A DNA stretch of 64,000 bases from Desulfatiglandales bacterium (GCA_963662465.1 OY759599.1:96001-160000), one strand, 5' to 3'. Positions 1 to 9,968 are shown, counted from the stretch's first letter. Notes: generated by a model not told the origin, from the letters alone. Numbers and translations: made by a program.

Positions 1-2
1 AG

Positions 3-218
3 ACGCACCTTTCACGCTTGGTTGACGAGGCTGCCAAAGGAAATGTTTTTATCATTGCCAAGGCAGGAAAACCGATGGTCAAAGTTTTGCCCCTGTCGGA
101 TGGTGTGGTTGACGGGACTGAAAGGTTGGGGTTCATGTCCGGTGAGATCACGGTACCGGACGATTTTGATTCTCTCGGGGCAACGGAAATTACCATGCTT
201 TTTGAAGGAAACCCCTGA
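3..218 (+). CDS. Phd/YefM-family antitoxin, start lies before the window
   Basis: Frame is open from the window edge: THLSRLVDEAAKG..FIIAKAGKPMVKV; its stop overlaps the PIN toxin start. Confidence 0.85.
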   Translation, partial: THLSRLVDEAAKGNVFIIAKAGKPMVKVLPLSDGVVDGTERLGFMSGEITVPDDFDSLGATEITMLFEGNP

Positions 219-604
219 TGAAACTGTTGTTGGATACGCACATTGTTCTGTGGGCTGCAGGTCAGCCTGAAAAGCTTTCCGAATCAGCCCGAACTCTCTT
301 GACAACACCCGAAAACGCTTTGTTTTTCAGCGTGGCCAGCATGTGGGAAATTGTCATCAAACGGGGCCTGGGACGGGACGATTTCAAGGTGAATTCGAGG
401 CGCTTGAGAAAGATGCTTATCGCAAATGGTTATAACGAACTATCTGTTGATGCGGAGCATGTTTTTACGGTCGAAACGCTGCCTTTACGTCATAAAGACC
501 CTTTTGATCGCTTGCTGCTGGCCCAGGCTAAAACGGAGGGAATGCTTTTGCTTACGGTTGATGCATCCGTTCTGCAATACCAGGAATCTGTGTTGGCTGT
601 TTAG
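218..604 (+). CDS. vapC: VapC/PIN-domain toxin
   Basis: MKLLLDTH, SVASMWEIVIK, HKDPFDRLLLAQA motifs. Confidence 0.93.
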   Translation: MKLLLDTHIVLWAAGQPEKLSESARTLLTTPENALFFSVASMWEIVIKRGLGRDDFKVNSRRLRKMLIANGYNELSVDAEHVFTVETLPLRHKDPFDRLLLAQAKTEGMLLLTVDASVLQYQESVLAV

Positions 605-651
605 GGGAAGCACGGGCACTATTTGCCTCGGTATGGGATTTGTGTGGCTTA

Positions 652-821
652 GATCCGCAGATTACGCAGATTACACGGATTAGGTGTCTCGCGCCAAGAC
701 GCCAAGGCGCAGAGAAGAGAGGATAGATGACGGGGGACGGAGGGCGGAAGACAGAGGACGGAGGACGGAGGACGGAGGACGGAGGTCGGATGTCGGAGGT
801 CGGAGGTCGGAGGACAGAGGG
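652..821 (+). repeat. Repeat stack: family A (9-mer GCAGATTAC), family B (8-mer CGCCAAGA/CGCAGAGG), family C (7-mer GAGGACG/GAGGTCG)
   Basis: gatccgcagattacgcagattacacggatt, then tctcgcgccaagacgccaaggcgcaga, then about 12 heptamers. Confidence 0.9.
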
Positions 822-963
822 TGAGAAAATCTAACGGGTTGAAGCCGGAATTTACACTCACCATCAGGCGTTGCAACATGTACTCGATAGCAACTTGCAG
901 CCTATCCAAAGGGCTTCTTGCTGCCACGATCCTGGTGCATTATCTGTCGGAAAGGATCCGAGT

Positions 964-1299
964 TCAATCTGCGGAAATAAGCCGTTGAGCTATGGCGCAG
1001 GCCTTTGATAAGGTTTTCTTGTCAACGCCGCCGATTTTTTTTACCAATCGTTTTTTGTCCAAACTTCTTAATTGATCCAGCATGATCTTTGAATCCTTGT
1101 CAAGACCGGCTGTACCACGGGGGATGAATACTTCAAATGGGTATATTTTCCGGGTTGTCGAGGTTATGGGCGCAACAATCAACCTGGAAGAGTTGTGATT
1201 CATGACATTTACCGAAATGACCAGCCCAGGCCTGGTCTTGCCGATTTCAGTATGTAGGGTCGGGTCCAAATTGACAAGATATACGTCTCCCTGATCCAT
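964..1299 (-). CDS. mazF: PemK/MazF-family toxin
   Basis: GDVYLVNLDPT..EIGKTRPGLVIS, APITS, DQLRSLDKKRL. Confidence 0.92.
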   Translation of the reverse strand: MDQGDVYLVNLDPTLHTEIGKTRPGLVISVNVMNHNSSRLIVAPITSTTRKIYPFEVFIPRGTAGLDKDSKIMLDQLRSLDKKRLVKKIGGVDKKTLSKACAIAQRLISAD

Positions 1300-1542
1300 T
1301 TAGTCCCACCCCTCTGGGTCCAAGGATTCCCATACTCTAATATCGGCCTGACGGTCTTTGTCTTTTGCAGCCTCTGAAAATGCCAGGCTCAATGCCTTTT
1401 CCTCTTCCTGCCGTATTTTTTTTGTGATTTCGTTTTTTAATAACTCATTGACAACCCTGCTTTTCTGGCGATTCGGAACCAGTTCCCCAAACCTTTCCCA
1501 TATTTGGCGCTCAATGGTTAAATTTACCCTGATCTGTTCCAT
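1300..1542 (-). CDS. Putative RHH antitoxin of the adjacent MazF
   Basis: 80 aa, N-terminal beta-strand (IRVNLTI), acidic tail, abuts the toxin gene. Confidence 0.75.
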   Translation of the reverse strand: MEQIRVNLTIERQIWERFGELVPNRQKSRVVNELLKNEITKKIRQEEEKALSLAFSEAAKDKDRQADIRVWESLDPEGWD

Positions 1543-1757
1543 CCGTCCCTCCTTCCTCTATTTGTGTTGCCTGCTGGATGTATACTAATACAGCAAAACC
1601 AGAAGGGCAAGGGATTAACGGGGTCAGGCTTTCCTTATTGTCGTTTTGAGGAATTGGTGTTTTGGAAAAGGGATTGCGAAAAGTAGAGGGCGCCTAATCT
1701 CGCTGGCATCAACGATGATGCGGCCGCATGGATAACTGAAAAAGGCAGTTTTACGTT

Positions 1758-2060
1758 CTAAGTGTTTCGGCCAGAGTCTACAAGGGCCATCTCGATTCGT
1801 TTTCCCAGTACAGCGGCAGCTTTGCTGATTGTGGCGATGGTTACGTTGTGTGCTTCTTCATTGAGAAGACGTTCCAATGCTGATCTGCTCGTTTTCATTC
1901 GGGTTGCCATCTCTGTTTTTCGAATACCTTGTTCTTCCATCATGGTTTTTAGCTGGTGGGCAAGGTTTTTTTTCAAGGCATTCAACTGAACTTGCTCATA
2001 GATGCCCTCTTCCTGGAGGAAATCATCAAAGCTCTGCCCTACATGGTGTTTCTTTAGCAT
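1758..2060 (-). CDS. XRE/HTH antitoxin
   Basis: HVGQSFDDFLQEEG and MKTSRSALERLL; downstream of a RelE-like gene. Confidence 0.8.
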   Translation of the reverse strand: MLKKHHVGQSFDDFLQEEGIYEQVQLNALKKNLAHQLKTMMEEQGIRKTEMATRMKTSRSALERLLNEEAHNVTIATISKAAAVLGKRIEMALVDSGRNT

Positions 2061-2063
2061 TTC

Positions 2064-2351
2064 TTAGCCCTCCATTTCTCTTTTTCTGCTTTTGGCCAAT
2101 TCAAGATCCCCTTTCGGAATCTTTTTTGATTTTTTGATGAATCCATGGAGCAGGTACAATTGATCAGATTCAATGAAAAAGAGTACCCGCGCTGCTCGGC
2201 CGTTCGAAATCCGAGAGCGTATTTCAAAATTTCCGTTTCCGAGAGGCTTACATCTTGGGGGACCTACAGGCCAATGATATTCCACATTGGCGATATCTCC
2301 GCCGATCTCTATTCTGTCCTCTTTGGCCAATGACAATAGCCATTCCCGGAC
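2064..2351 (-). pseudogene. RelE/ParE (Gp49-like) toxin, N-terminus apparently replaced by family C repeats
   Basis: VREWLLSL..WPVGPP..LLHGFIKKSKKIP; the frame runs into the repeat tract at about 2355 with no RBS/start. Confidence 0.7.
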
Positions 2352-2356
2352 AGTAA

Positions 2357-2528
2357 AGACAGATGTCAGAGGTCGGAGGTCGGAAGTCAGGAAGGGACAG
2401 AGGGCGGAGGTCGGAGGGCGGAGGACGGGAAAAGACAGAGGTCGGATGTCGGATGTCGGAGGTCGGAGGTCGGAGGTCGGGGGTGAGGGGGCTGAGTTTT
2501 GGGTTCTGGGTTATGGATTTTGAGTTAG
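2357..2528 (+). repeat. Repeat stack: family C heptamers then family D (TTTTGAG/TTTTGGG heptamers)
   Basis: gtcggaggtcgga tract followed by gagttttgggttctgggttatggattttgagtt. Confidence 0.88.
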
Positions 2529-2588
2529 AAATGGAAGAAAATTGACGAAAGGACTTTTGATTTTGCTTTGTTGGATGTTTAGGCGAAG

Positions 2589-2879
2589 TTACGCTCGATG
2601 TGCGTGCAGCTTTAGCCCAAGGGCCTTAATGACCTTGAGGATCGTCCCGAATTCCGGGTTTCCATTCTTTGAGAGCGCTTTGTAAAGGTTCTCCCTTGCC
2701 AGTCCGGTATCGCGTGCCAGCTGTGACATACCTCTGGCTCGCGCGATGACCCCCAATGCATGAGCGATGAATGCGGGGTTGTCCCCTGCTTCTTCGAGGC
2801 AGGCATCCAAATATGCTGCCATATCGTCATCGGTTTTCAGATATTCGGCGGTATCGTATCGGGTAAATTTTTCAGACAT
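2589..2879 (-). CDS. Addiction module antidote protein (HTH)
   Basis: YDTAEYL..AAYLDA..ALGVIARARGMSQLARDTGLARENLYKALS.NGNPEF. Confidence 0.9.
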   Translation of the reverse strand: MSEKFTRYDTAEYLKTDDDMAAYLDACLEEAGDNPAFIAHALGVIARARGMSQLARDTGLARENLYKALSKNGNPEFGTILKVIKALGLKLHAHRA

Positions 2880-3180
2880 TCTTCAACCCCTTCCATTTCT
2901 TGGCAATCGTTTGTGCCTGCTGGATATCCCGGTCCTGTGAGGATTTGTCACCACCACACAGCATCACCAACATGTTCAACTCGGGCTGCATGCAGTAAAG
3001 CCGATAGCCTGGTCCGTAGTGAATGCGCAACTCGGACAGCCCATGCCCAATGGGGCGAATATCACCCAGGTTGCCTAAGCCCACACGATCAAGTTTTGCA
3101 TGGATCCTCATGCGTGCCCGACGGTCTTTCAGATTCCCTAACCATTGAGAAAAAGTGGCACTTTCGATAATTTCAATCAT
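2872..3180 (-). CDS. Addiction module killer protein (RelE/ParE family)
   Basis: GNLGD..GLSELRIHYGPGYRLY..LCGGDKSSQDRDI. Confidence 0.9.
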   Translation of the reverse strand: MIEIIESATFSQWLGNLKDRRARMRIHAKLDRVGLGNLGDIRPIGHGLSELRIHYGPGYRLYCMQPELNMLVMLCGGDKSSQDRDIQQAQTIAKKWKGLKNV

Positions 3181-3273
3181 ATCTGGCTTTGTAACTTACA
3201 AAATACAATAAGTCAAGCAAGAACAATTTGAGGGTTCGTTTCTTCACAGGAGACGACGGAAGACGGAGGATGG

Positions 3274-3552
3274 ATGACAGCGGGTCGGCTGATAGCGTGG
3301 CCGTCCTTTCATTCGACGTTTGGTATTGTTGAGGCGGTGGAGGGGGGGAGGTTTCCGGATAGAGGCGATCCCGGTGAAATACGCTTCGCTGTCACTATCA
3401 TGAGTTTCACGGGACGAGTGATGACGGTGCATCCGCAGCGTTGGACGGATGATCCGGTGGCGTGGACGAAGGAGCTGGTTTGGCAGAATTGTAAGAATTT
3501 AGTGAAACGTATTGTTGTTCGCAGATTACGATCCGCAGATTACGCCGATTGA
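3274..3552 (+). pseudogene. C-terminal remnant of a polysaccharide-locus protein carrying a palindromic insert
   Basis: FHSTFGI..TVHPQRWTD..WTKELVWQN; bounded by family C and A repeats; palindrome cccggtgaaa...tttcacggg at 3370-3413. Confidence 0.5.
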
Positions 3553-3601
3553 CGCAGATTAAAGTTCTTGCGCAAAAAATGCAAAGAATAAGAAGAAATT
3601 A

Positions 3602-4819
3602 ATGTCAAGAAATGAATATAGGGTCTTTCTTGTGGTGGGTGCGCGGCCGAATTTTATGAAGATTGCGCCGATTGTCAGAGCGCTTAAAGCACAAAGCGAT
3701 CCGCAGATTACGCCGATTACACAGATTGATTGGAAGATTGTGCACACCGGGCAGCATTATGATTATGAAATGTCGCAGGCGTTCTTCGATGATTTGAAGA
3801 TTCCCAAACCCGATCATTTCCTGGAGGCGGGGCCGGGGAGCCATGCGGAGCAGACGGCCAGGATTATGGTCAGTTTTGAGAAGCTTTGCGAGCAGGAGCG
3901 GCCGGATCTGGTTGTGGGCGATGTCAATTCCACCCTGGCGTGCTCCGTGGTGTCCAAAAAGATCGGCATTGAAGTGGCCCACGTGGAGGCCGGGTTGCGG
4001 AGCTTTGATCTGTCCATGCCCGAGGAAATCAACCGGATGGTGACGGACGCTATAGCGGATTATTTTTTTGTGACGGAGCGAAGCGGGGTAGAGAACCTCA
4101 AAAAAGAAGGAAAGCCCGAAGACCGGATCTTTTTTGTCGGGCATGTGATGATTGATAATCTCTTGCATCAGCTGGAGGAAGTCCGCACGAATCATTTTCC
4201 TTTTGAGCATCGGGCGCTGAAGGATAGTCTTGACGAGTATATTTTCATGACGCTGCACCGGCCCGCCAACGTGGATGACAAGGAAATTCTTAGCGGGATC
4301 GCGGGGACTTTGGCCCGCGTGGCAAAGCATGTGCCCGTCATTTTTCCGGCACATCCCAGAACCGGGAAGATGCTGGCGCATTTCGGGATTGAGCTGCCGG
4401 AAAATATTCATCGGCTGCCGCCTTTGGGGTTTCGAGAGTCCTTGTACCTGTGGAAAGATGCCAAAATGGTGATCACCGACAGCGGGGGGCTGCAGGAAGA
4501 GACCACGGCCCTGGGTGTTCCCTGCCTGACGTTGAGGGAAAATACCGAGAGACCGGTCACGGTAACGGAAGGGACGAATCAGCTGGTGACGGTTAATGAT
4601 CTCGAGGACCGGGTACTGGAAATCCTGGCGGGAAGAGGAAAAAAGGGTCGGGTGCCGGAGTTGTGGGACGGAAGAGCGGCGGAGCGGATTGTGGGGGTTT
4701 TGGCGGAAATTTCACAGAGGTCGGATGTCGGATGTCGGAGGGCCGGAAGTAGGTGGTTAGAAGCGTTAGGCGTGCCCTTTTCCCCTAGAGCTTTTCTGTT
4801 GTTTATGGATAAAATATAG
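3602..4819 (+). CDS. wecB: UDP-N-acetylglucosamine 2-epimerase (non-hydrolysing)
   Basis: VVGARPNFMK, HTGQHYD, HVEAGLRS, MPEEINR, TDSGGLQEE, RENTERP; family A insert near 3698-3728; C-terminus extended through family C repeats. Confidence 0.93.
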   Translation: MSRNEYRVFLVVGARPNFMKIAPIVRALKAQSDPQITPITQIDWKIVHTGQHYDYEMSQAFFDDLKIPKPDHFLEAGPGSHAEQTARIMVSFEKLCEQERPDLVVGDVNSTLACSVVSKKIGIEVAHVEAGLRSFDLSMPEEINRMVTDAIADYFFVTERSGVENLKKEGKPEDRIFFVGHVMIDNLLHQLEEVRTNHFPFEHRALKDSLDEYIFMTLHRPANVDDKEILSGIAGTLARVAKHVPVIFPAHPRTGKMLAHFGIELPENIHRLPPLGFRESLYLWKDAKMVITDSGGLQEETTALGVPCLTLRENTERPVTVTEGTNQLVTVNDLEDRVLEILAGRGKKGRVPELWDGRAAERIVGVLAEISQRSDVGCRRAGSRWLEALGVPFSPRAFLLFMDKI

Positions 4820-4873
4820 AAAAGCCAAACCAAATATGATCATTATCAACCCACCTAAGATGACAGAATACAT

Positions 4874-5071
4874 CTATGCCTCCTTTTCGATAAATATGGC
4901 TAATAAATATACGAAAACAGAAATAATTACGCCTAAAAAAACCAATATCGGGTTTATTTTAAGTTGATGAAACAAAGGTGCAATGACTGAAGTGGCGAAA
5001 ATGATCTTGCCAGTATCAGTTAGAATGTCTGCAATCCTTTTCTTTTGTTTTTCGTTCAGAATCATAGCCAT
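4874..5071 (-). CDS. Small two-TM membrane protein
   Basis: 65 aa, AT-rich, two hydrophobic helices. Confidence 0.55.
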   Translation of the reverse strand: MAMILNEKQKKRIADILTDTGKIIFATSVIAPLFHQLKINPILVFLGVIISVFVYLLAIFIEKEA

Positions 5072-5171
5072 TCGCTTTCCATTTCTTTAACTTTATACTC
5101 AGATTGGAGTTGTGTCAATTTAAAAAGAAGCTTCTGGACGGAGGGCTGAGGTCGGAGGTCGGAGGACGGAG

Positions 5172-5379
5172 GACAGTGTTGAGTTTTGGGTTTTGAGTTT
5201 TGAGTTGAAGGGAAAGGGCGGAAGACAGTTTTGAGTTTTGGGTTTTGAGTTTTGAGTTGAAGGGAAAGGGCGGAAGACAGTTTTGAGTTTTGGGTTTTGA
5301 GTTTTGAGTTGAAGGGAAAGGGCAGAAGATAGTTTTGAGTTTTGGGTTTTGGGTTTTGAGTTGAAGGGAAAGGACGGAG
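5172..5379 (+). repeat. 52-bp tandem repeat x4 built from family D and family C units
   Basis: Units start at 5172, 5224, 5276, 5328: gacagttttgagttttgggttttgagttttgagttgaagggaaagggcggaa. Confidence 0.95.
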
Positions 5380-5454
5380 GACGGAGGGCGGAAGACAGAG
5401 GTCGGAGGGCCTCTCCCTACTGGGCATGGAGATATGGAGGCAGCGTCTCAGGGT

Positions 5455-5820
5455 CTAGTCGATCTCGAGTACCAGCTTAAGGGCTTCGACAACCTCTTCC
5501 ATTCGGCGTGGCGGCATTGTGCCAACCAACTGGGGTTTTTTTGTCTTAGGATCGTAAAATCTTTTAGGATCCAGGGAGCGCATCTGGAAACAGAGAAATA
5601 CTGTATCTTTGGGAAGGCCCGTCTCAGCTGATGGCACACGTACATTTGTGGGGTAGTCTCTTGGCACATTCCGCGCATCTGTGCCCACTACAACTGAAAC
5701 AACGAGCGGTTGTTTATTTATGGCGTCGCTTGATATCACGAGGACTGGTCTGCGGCCCGCCTGCTCCCGACCTTTAATCGGGTTCAAATTTACCAGATAA
5801 ATTCCGCCGCGCTTGATCAT
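5455..5820 (-). CDS. mazF: PemK/MazF-family toxin
   Basis: RGGIYLVNLNPIKGREQAGRRPVLVISSD, FQMRSLDPKRF. Confidence 0.9.
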   Translation of the reverse strand: MIKRGGIYLVNLNPIKGREQAGRRPVLVISSDAINKQPLVVSVVVGTDARNVPRDYPTNVRVPSAETGLPKDTVFLCFQMRSLDPKRFYDPKTKKPQLVGTMPPRRMEEVVEALKLVLEID

Positions 5821-5823
5821 AAT

Positions 5824-6087
5824 TCACAAACCATCGTTTTCCGCTTCCGTAAACTCCTCGGACAAAACAGAACACACATCCCGGATTGCAGGGTCATCGG
5901 CCATTTCAGCCATAGCTGTTTCAAATTGATATTTTTTTTGACGTTTTGTGAAATCGATCAAAATGAAGGTGACCAGGCGATTGAAGTTATCCCGGAGTTC
6001 AGGAGGCGCTATAGTGCGCAATTCTTCAACCAATTCATTTGGAAGTGCGATGCTGCGACGGATTGTCTTTTTTGCCGTATTTTTCAT
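5824..6087 (-). CDS. Putative RHH antitoxin
   Basis: Start reassigned to MKNTAKKTIRRSIALP after a GAGGG RBS; the extra N-terminus in the ORF track is translated repeat DNA. Confidence 0.75.
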   Translation of the reverse strand: MKNTAKKTIRRSIALPNELVEELRTIAPPELRDNFNRLVTFILIDFTKRQKKYQFETAMAEMADDPAIRDVCSVLSEEFTEAENDGL

Positions 6088-6302
6088 TTCACCCTCTTTG
6101 TAACCATAATCATGCACATAAAAAGTGTTGATGTCAACATGGAAATTGTTCATGGAAGAATCCAGAGGTTGGGAAGGGACAGAGGGCAGGGATGACGGAG
6201 GACGGAAGGCAGAGGACGGAGGACGGAAGGTAGAACAAGTGGATGATCTGATGGATGGCTGATAAGCTGATGGATAATAATCATATGGAAGTTCTGTTCT
6301 TG

Positions 6303-6332
6303 TTGACAAATCATATCACCTGGTGGTACACT
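6303..6332 (+). promoter_or_regulatory. Sigma70-like promoter with overlapping operator palindrome for the relE-HTH pair
   Basis: TTGACA-18 bp-TACACT; palindrome tatcacc-t-ggtggta. Confidence 0.6.
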
Positions 6333-6340
6333 CAGCGACA

Positions 6341-6727
6341 ATGAAAAAAGTTTTCAGAACCCGAACTTTCACCCGCTGGATGCGAAAGACTGGTCTGACC
6401 GACGAAATGCTTTGCCAGGCGGTTTCTGAGATGATGCAAGGGCTTGTGGACGGCGATCTGGGTGGCAACTTGCTGAAGAAGCGGATTGGCCTGTCCGGCC
6501 GGGGAAAACGTGGCGGCGGTCGAACGATTGTTGCCACCAATCGTTGTGACCGCTGGTTTTTCTTGTACGGCTTTGAAAAGAACGAACGCGCCAATATCAG
6601 CAAGGATGAAATCAAGGCGCTTCGGGAGTTAGCCGGACAATACCTGGCGTTTGACGACAAACAGATTGAATGGGCAGTCCGTAGCGGGAAATTCATGGAG
6701 GTGAATTTTGACGACAACAAAGCGTAA
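6341..6727 (+). CDS. RelE/HigB-family toxin
   Basis: FRTRTFTRW..DGDLGGNLLKKRI..GKRGGGRTI..LYGFEKNERANI. Confidence 0.9.
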   Translation: MKKVFRTRTFTRWMRKTGLTDEMLCQAVSEMMQGLVDGDLGGNLLKKRIGLSGRGKRGGGRTIVATNRCDRWFFLYGFEKNERANISKDEIKALRELAGQYLAFDDKQIEWAVRSGKFMEVNFDDNKA

Positions 6728-7028
6728 CAGCCGAATTTTGAAAGAAGTTCACGAAATGGCAAGTGACCTGAACGAGATTGGGTTGATCGACAAACGGCGG
6801 ATGCGGGAATTTGACGCTCTGTGCAACTTGGACGTCGAGGAAATACCGCCCCAAAAGATCAAACAGTTGCGTGAGGAGGCGCATATCAGTCAAGCTGTTT
6901 TTGCCGCTGTGCTGAACATCAGTTTGTCCACCATTCAAAAGTGGGAGATCGGCGACAAGAAACCCAGCGGCCCATCCCTGAAGCTGTTGAGCCTTATTGA
7001 ACGTAAAGGTTTGGAAGCTGTACTCTAA
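6708..7028 (+). CDS. HigA-like XRE antitoxin
   Basis: SQAVFAAVLN..QKWEIGDKKPSGPSLKLL. Confidence 0.9.
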   Translation: MTTTKRNSRILKEVHEMASDLNEIGLIDKRRMREFDALCNLDVEEIPPQKIKQLREEAHISQAVFAAVLNISLSTIQKWEIGDKKPSGPSLKLLSLIERKGLEAVL

Positions 7029-7138
7029 AATCCGATCCGAACCCCGGTGACGGAGGACGGAGGGCGGAAGACGGAGGACGGAAGGGCGAAAAGGTGAGAA
7101 GTGGCAGAGGTTCCATACAGCTAATGCCAATAACCCAT

Positions 7139-7511
7139 AACGAATAACCAGCCCAGCGACCCCAGCACCCGTACCATTTTTGAGTTTTCTGCATTTATCC
7201 TTCCTTTCGATTGCCCACCAGAGTAACAACCACCGCCTCATTACACGAGATACCAAAACAAATGAACCCATTAAATCCTGAAGAGACGAAAAATGTCAGC
7301 GGAATTCCGCCCATTGTTCTGGGTGTTGTGGATTTCTGTTTGCTGAATCTGGCATTTTTTCTGCTGAATTACTGGAAACGGGGATCTTTTGAGTTGGCCC
7401 CAAAATATGGGAAGCTGCTGCTGGCCTTTTATGGGGTCTGGTTCCTGGTTTCCCTGGCCAATAAGAAATTTCAGTGGCGGGAATACGCGGGGTTGGGTAG
7501 AGGGCTGTGGA
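7139..7511 (+). pseudogene. Duplicated 5' fragment of the sugar transferase gene
   Basis: Near-identical to 9981-10350; ends just before family D repeats. Confidence 0.9.
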
Positions 7512-7650
7512 GGCCCTGAACTGCAGTTTTGAGTTTTGAGTTTTGAGTTAAAGGAAACGTCCTGATTATGGGGGGTGATGGGAAGATCTTTAAAGACAGT
7601 TTTGGGTTATGGGTTAGGGAACAGCAGTTTTGGGTTTTGAGTTTTGAGTT

Positions 7651-7821
7651 ATGAGTGAAAGGAAGATTGATGCGCGGACTTTTGAGTTTGCTCTGGTTGT
7701 GGTGGATGCGTACAAATTTCTTCTGGGGAAAAAGGAGTTTGTGCTTTCGAAGCAGTTTTTAAGGGCTGGTACTTCGATCGGTGCGAATGTGACGGAGGCC
7801 CAAGCTGCCCAAAGCACTTAA
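7651..7821 (+). pseudogene. Four-helix-bundle protein (23S rRNA IVP-like), truncated at 56 aa
   Basis: My translation: MSERKIDARTFEFAL..KKEFVLSKQFLRAGTSIGANVTEAQAAQST*; ATG directly follows family D heptamers. Confidence 0.85.
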
Positions 7822-7917
7822 TGGGGGACGTTGGCAGTTCTGTTAGTTTATTAGACAGGATCAACAGGATCAACAGGATAAAAGAAAAGAGTTATCAGTA
7901 TCGTTATCCATTTCGGT

Positions 7918-7980
7918 TCATTTCGGAATGAGGCCGGCAACCAGCACATTGGTGTCGATGATGAAGGTGCGGGGGCTCAT
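7918..7980 (-). pseudogene. PIN-domain toxin remnant
   Basis: MSPRTFIIDTNVLVAGLIPK*; ATGA overlap with the upstream antitoxin. Confidence 0.7.
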
Positions 7981-8213
7981 CGCGTTCGATGAATACGGGT
8001 TTCTTCTATGGCGAGGCGAGTGGCTTCTTCTTGATTATGTTGTGCCTGAGACCGAGCGCGTTCGGCCAGTTGGCGGGCGCTTTCCATGGGTTTGATGCCG
8101 CGAAGCTGCAAACTCTCCTCAATGATTTGGCCGATACTACGCCCTTGCCGGACTGCGGTTTCTTTGATCGCACGATGCAAATTGTCGTTAAGCGTAATAG
8201 TTAGTCGGCCTAT
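7977..8213 (-). pseudogene. CopG/RHH antitoxin with ATA at the expected start codon
   Basis: AAGGAGG-taacc-ATA then GRLTITLNDNLHRAIKETAVRQGRSIGQIIEESL. Confidence 0.65.
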
Positions 8214-8361
8214 GGTTACCTCCTTAATTTTGTGTGACCCTTTTGCCACATTAACACCAAAGCACCAATGGGTCAATATTTTGACAGGATCAGAAGACAG
8301 AGGGCCAAATGAAAAGAGGCTTGAAAAGTAACACTTGGTGTGATACCATTGGTTATGTTCC

Positions 8362-8724
8362 ATGAGGGTTTTCAAAAATACTTGGTTCCGCCGTTTTGCA
8401 CGTGACCAGAAGATCACCGATTATGCCCTCCGTAATGTTGTTCAGAGAACCGAGAGCGGTCAGATTGATGCCAATCTGGGCGGAGGCGTGGTCAAACAAC
8501 GGGTTGCTCGGCCAGGTTATGGGAAGTCCAAAGGTTACCGAACCGTTATTCTGTACCAGGCGGGGGAAAGGGCGTTTTTTGTTTATGGATTTTCCAAAAG
8601 TCAGAGAGAAAACATCCGAGAAGATGAAAAAAAACAGTTCAAGAAGATGGCCGGTCACGTTCTGGAGCTCTCAGAAGAACAGTTGAACGAATTGGTAACT
8701 ATGGGGAAGTTTGAGGAGATCTAA
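8362..8724 (+). CDS. RelE/HigB-family toxin
   Basis: MRVFKNTWFRRFAR..DANLGGGVVKQRVARPG.GKSKGYRT. Confidence 0.9.
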   Translation: MRVFKNTWFRRFARDQKITDYALRNVVQRTESGQIDANLGGGVVKQRVARPGYGKSKGYRTVILYQAGERAFFVYGFSKSQRENIREDEKKQFKKMAGHVLELSEEQLNELVTMGKFEEI

Positions 8725-8728
8725 GGCG

Positions 8729-9046
8729 ATGGTGAAGAGATATACAAGTGAAGCTTTTGCCGCGATCCATGAAACCATGGAGGCACTGCATGAGATTGGC
8801 GCGGTTGACAAAAAGACCATGCGCGAATTTGATGAGGCTTGTTTGACCCCTGTTCGTGTTTTGAACCCAGAGGAGATTAGGCTGATTCGGTTGCGTGAAA
8901 ATCTGTCGCAGCCGGTCTTTGCGCTTTATCTGAATGTATCGAAAAATCTGGTTTCTGATTGGGAACGAGGCGTTAAAAAGCCAGGCGGTCCAGCATTGAA
9001 GTTGCTGACGGTGATCGACAAAAAAGGGTTGCAGGCGATTGCGTAA
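8729..9046 (+). CDS. HigA-like XRE antitoxin
   Basis: KTMREFDEACL..SQPVFALYLNVS..WERGVKKPGGPALKLL. Confidence 0.9.
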   Translation: MVKRYTSEAFAAIHETMEALHEIGAVDKKTMREFDEACLTPVRVLNPEEIRLIRLRENLSQPVFALYLNVSKNLVSDWERGVKKPGGPALKLLTVIDKKGLQAIA

Positions 9047-9385
9047 CCCGGGGTCAGGCTTTCCTTGTTGTCGTTTTGCAGTGGAGGTGCTGGGGAGGAC
9101 AGCGGTATTGGGCGTTTAAAAACAGTTTTGGGTTTTGAGCTGGGGGGACTGAAAAGCGGTTTTGATGGCGGTTTTTCTTAAGGCAGACCTCAATATTCTG
9201 ACAGGATTAACAGGATGGACAGGATAAAAGAAAGTGAAAGGCCAGCGGGACGCTCTTTAATAATTCAATAACTTACTGAGGTTATTACAAAACAGAGGAC
9301 GGAGGACGGATGTCGGAGGTCGGTGGTCGGTGGTCGGAAGTAGGCGGTTAGAAGCGTTAGGCGTGCTCCCTTACGGCAGGCAATT

Positions 9386-9968
9386 CAAACCCAATGAATC
9401 AGCTAAATTCTGAAGAAATGAAACATGTCGGCGGAATTCCGCCCGTTGTTCTGGGTGTGGTGGATTTCTGTTTGCTGAACCTGGCGTTTTTTCTGCTGAA
9501 TTACTGGAAACGGGGATCTTTTGAGTTGAGCCCCATCTATGGGAAGCTGCTGCTGGCCTTTTCAAGAAGAGAATTGCGATGCCTGGACAGGGAAAACGTG
9601 GGGGGTGGAGGAGCTTTCTCACAAGCCTGGTGGATCGAAAAGGCATTGACGCAGTTGCCTGATCTAAAAAAAAGTAACTCGCGCAGAGACGCCAAGACGC
9701 AAAGAAGAGAAGTTTTTTTGTTTTTCTCTGCGTCTCCGCGTCTCTGCGCGAGAATATAGAGACTTTCTTATAAGAAACAGATTCAAACATATCTTTGGCT
9801 TACGGGTTGCAGGCTGGGGTATCTGTTGAATTTCGGTGGGGCCCTGATGAAACAGGGTATTACCAGGGCTGTCAATAATCTTGAAGAATAAATTATCTCG
9901 CGCAGAGACGCGGAGGCGCAGAGGGAAGAAGGGTTTTTTGGTTTTTCTTTGCGTCTCTGCGCGAGAAT
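9386..9968 (+). pseudogene. Collapsed duplicate of the 10.1-13.1 kb unit (sugar transferase 5', RelE fragment, HTH 3', hairpin B, GxxExxY 3', hairpin B)
   Basis: 9624-9757 matches 12508-12643; 9770-9891 matches 12915-13036; 9386-9562 matches about 10095-10269. Confidence 0.85.

Noticed and set aside
4765..4771. GTTAGGC here and at about 9356 as attC core sites
   Set aside because: No matching inverse core or L-box stem upstream; part of a short duplicated segment
5172..5379. Possible CRISPR array
   Set aside because: The intervening sequences are near-identical, so it is a tandem repeat; no cas operon is present and the Cas4-like gene at 32367 is solitary
649..7271. ORF-track proteins such as 649-927, 2287-2523, 2363-2545, 5062-5427 and 6994-7194
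   Set aside because: They are translations of heptamer repeats (RPPSSVL, SEVGGRR, TQNSKLK) or antisense shadows
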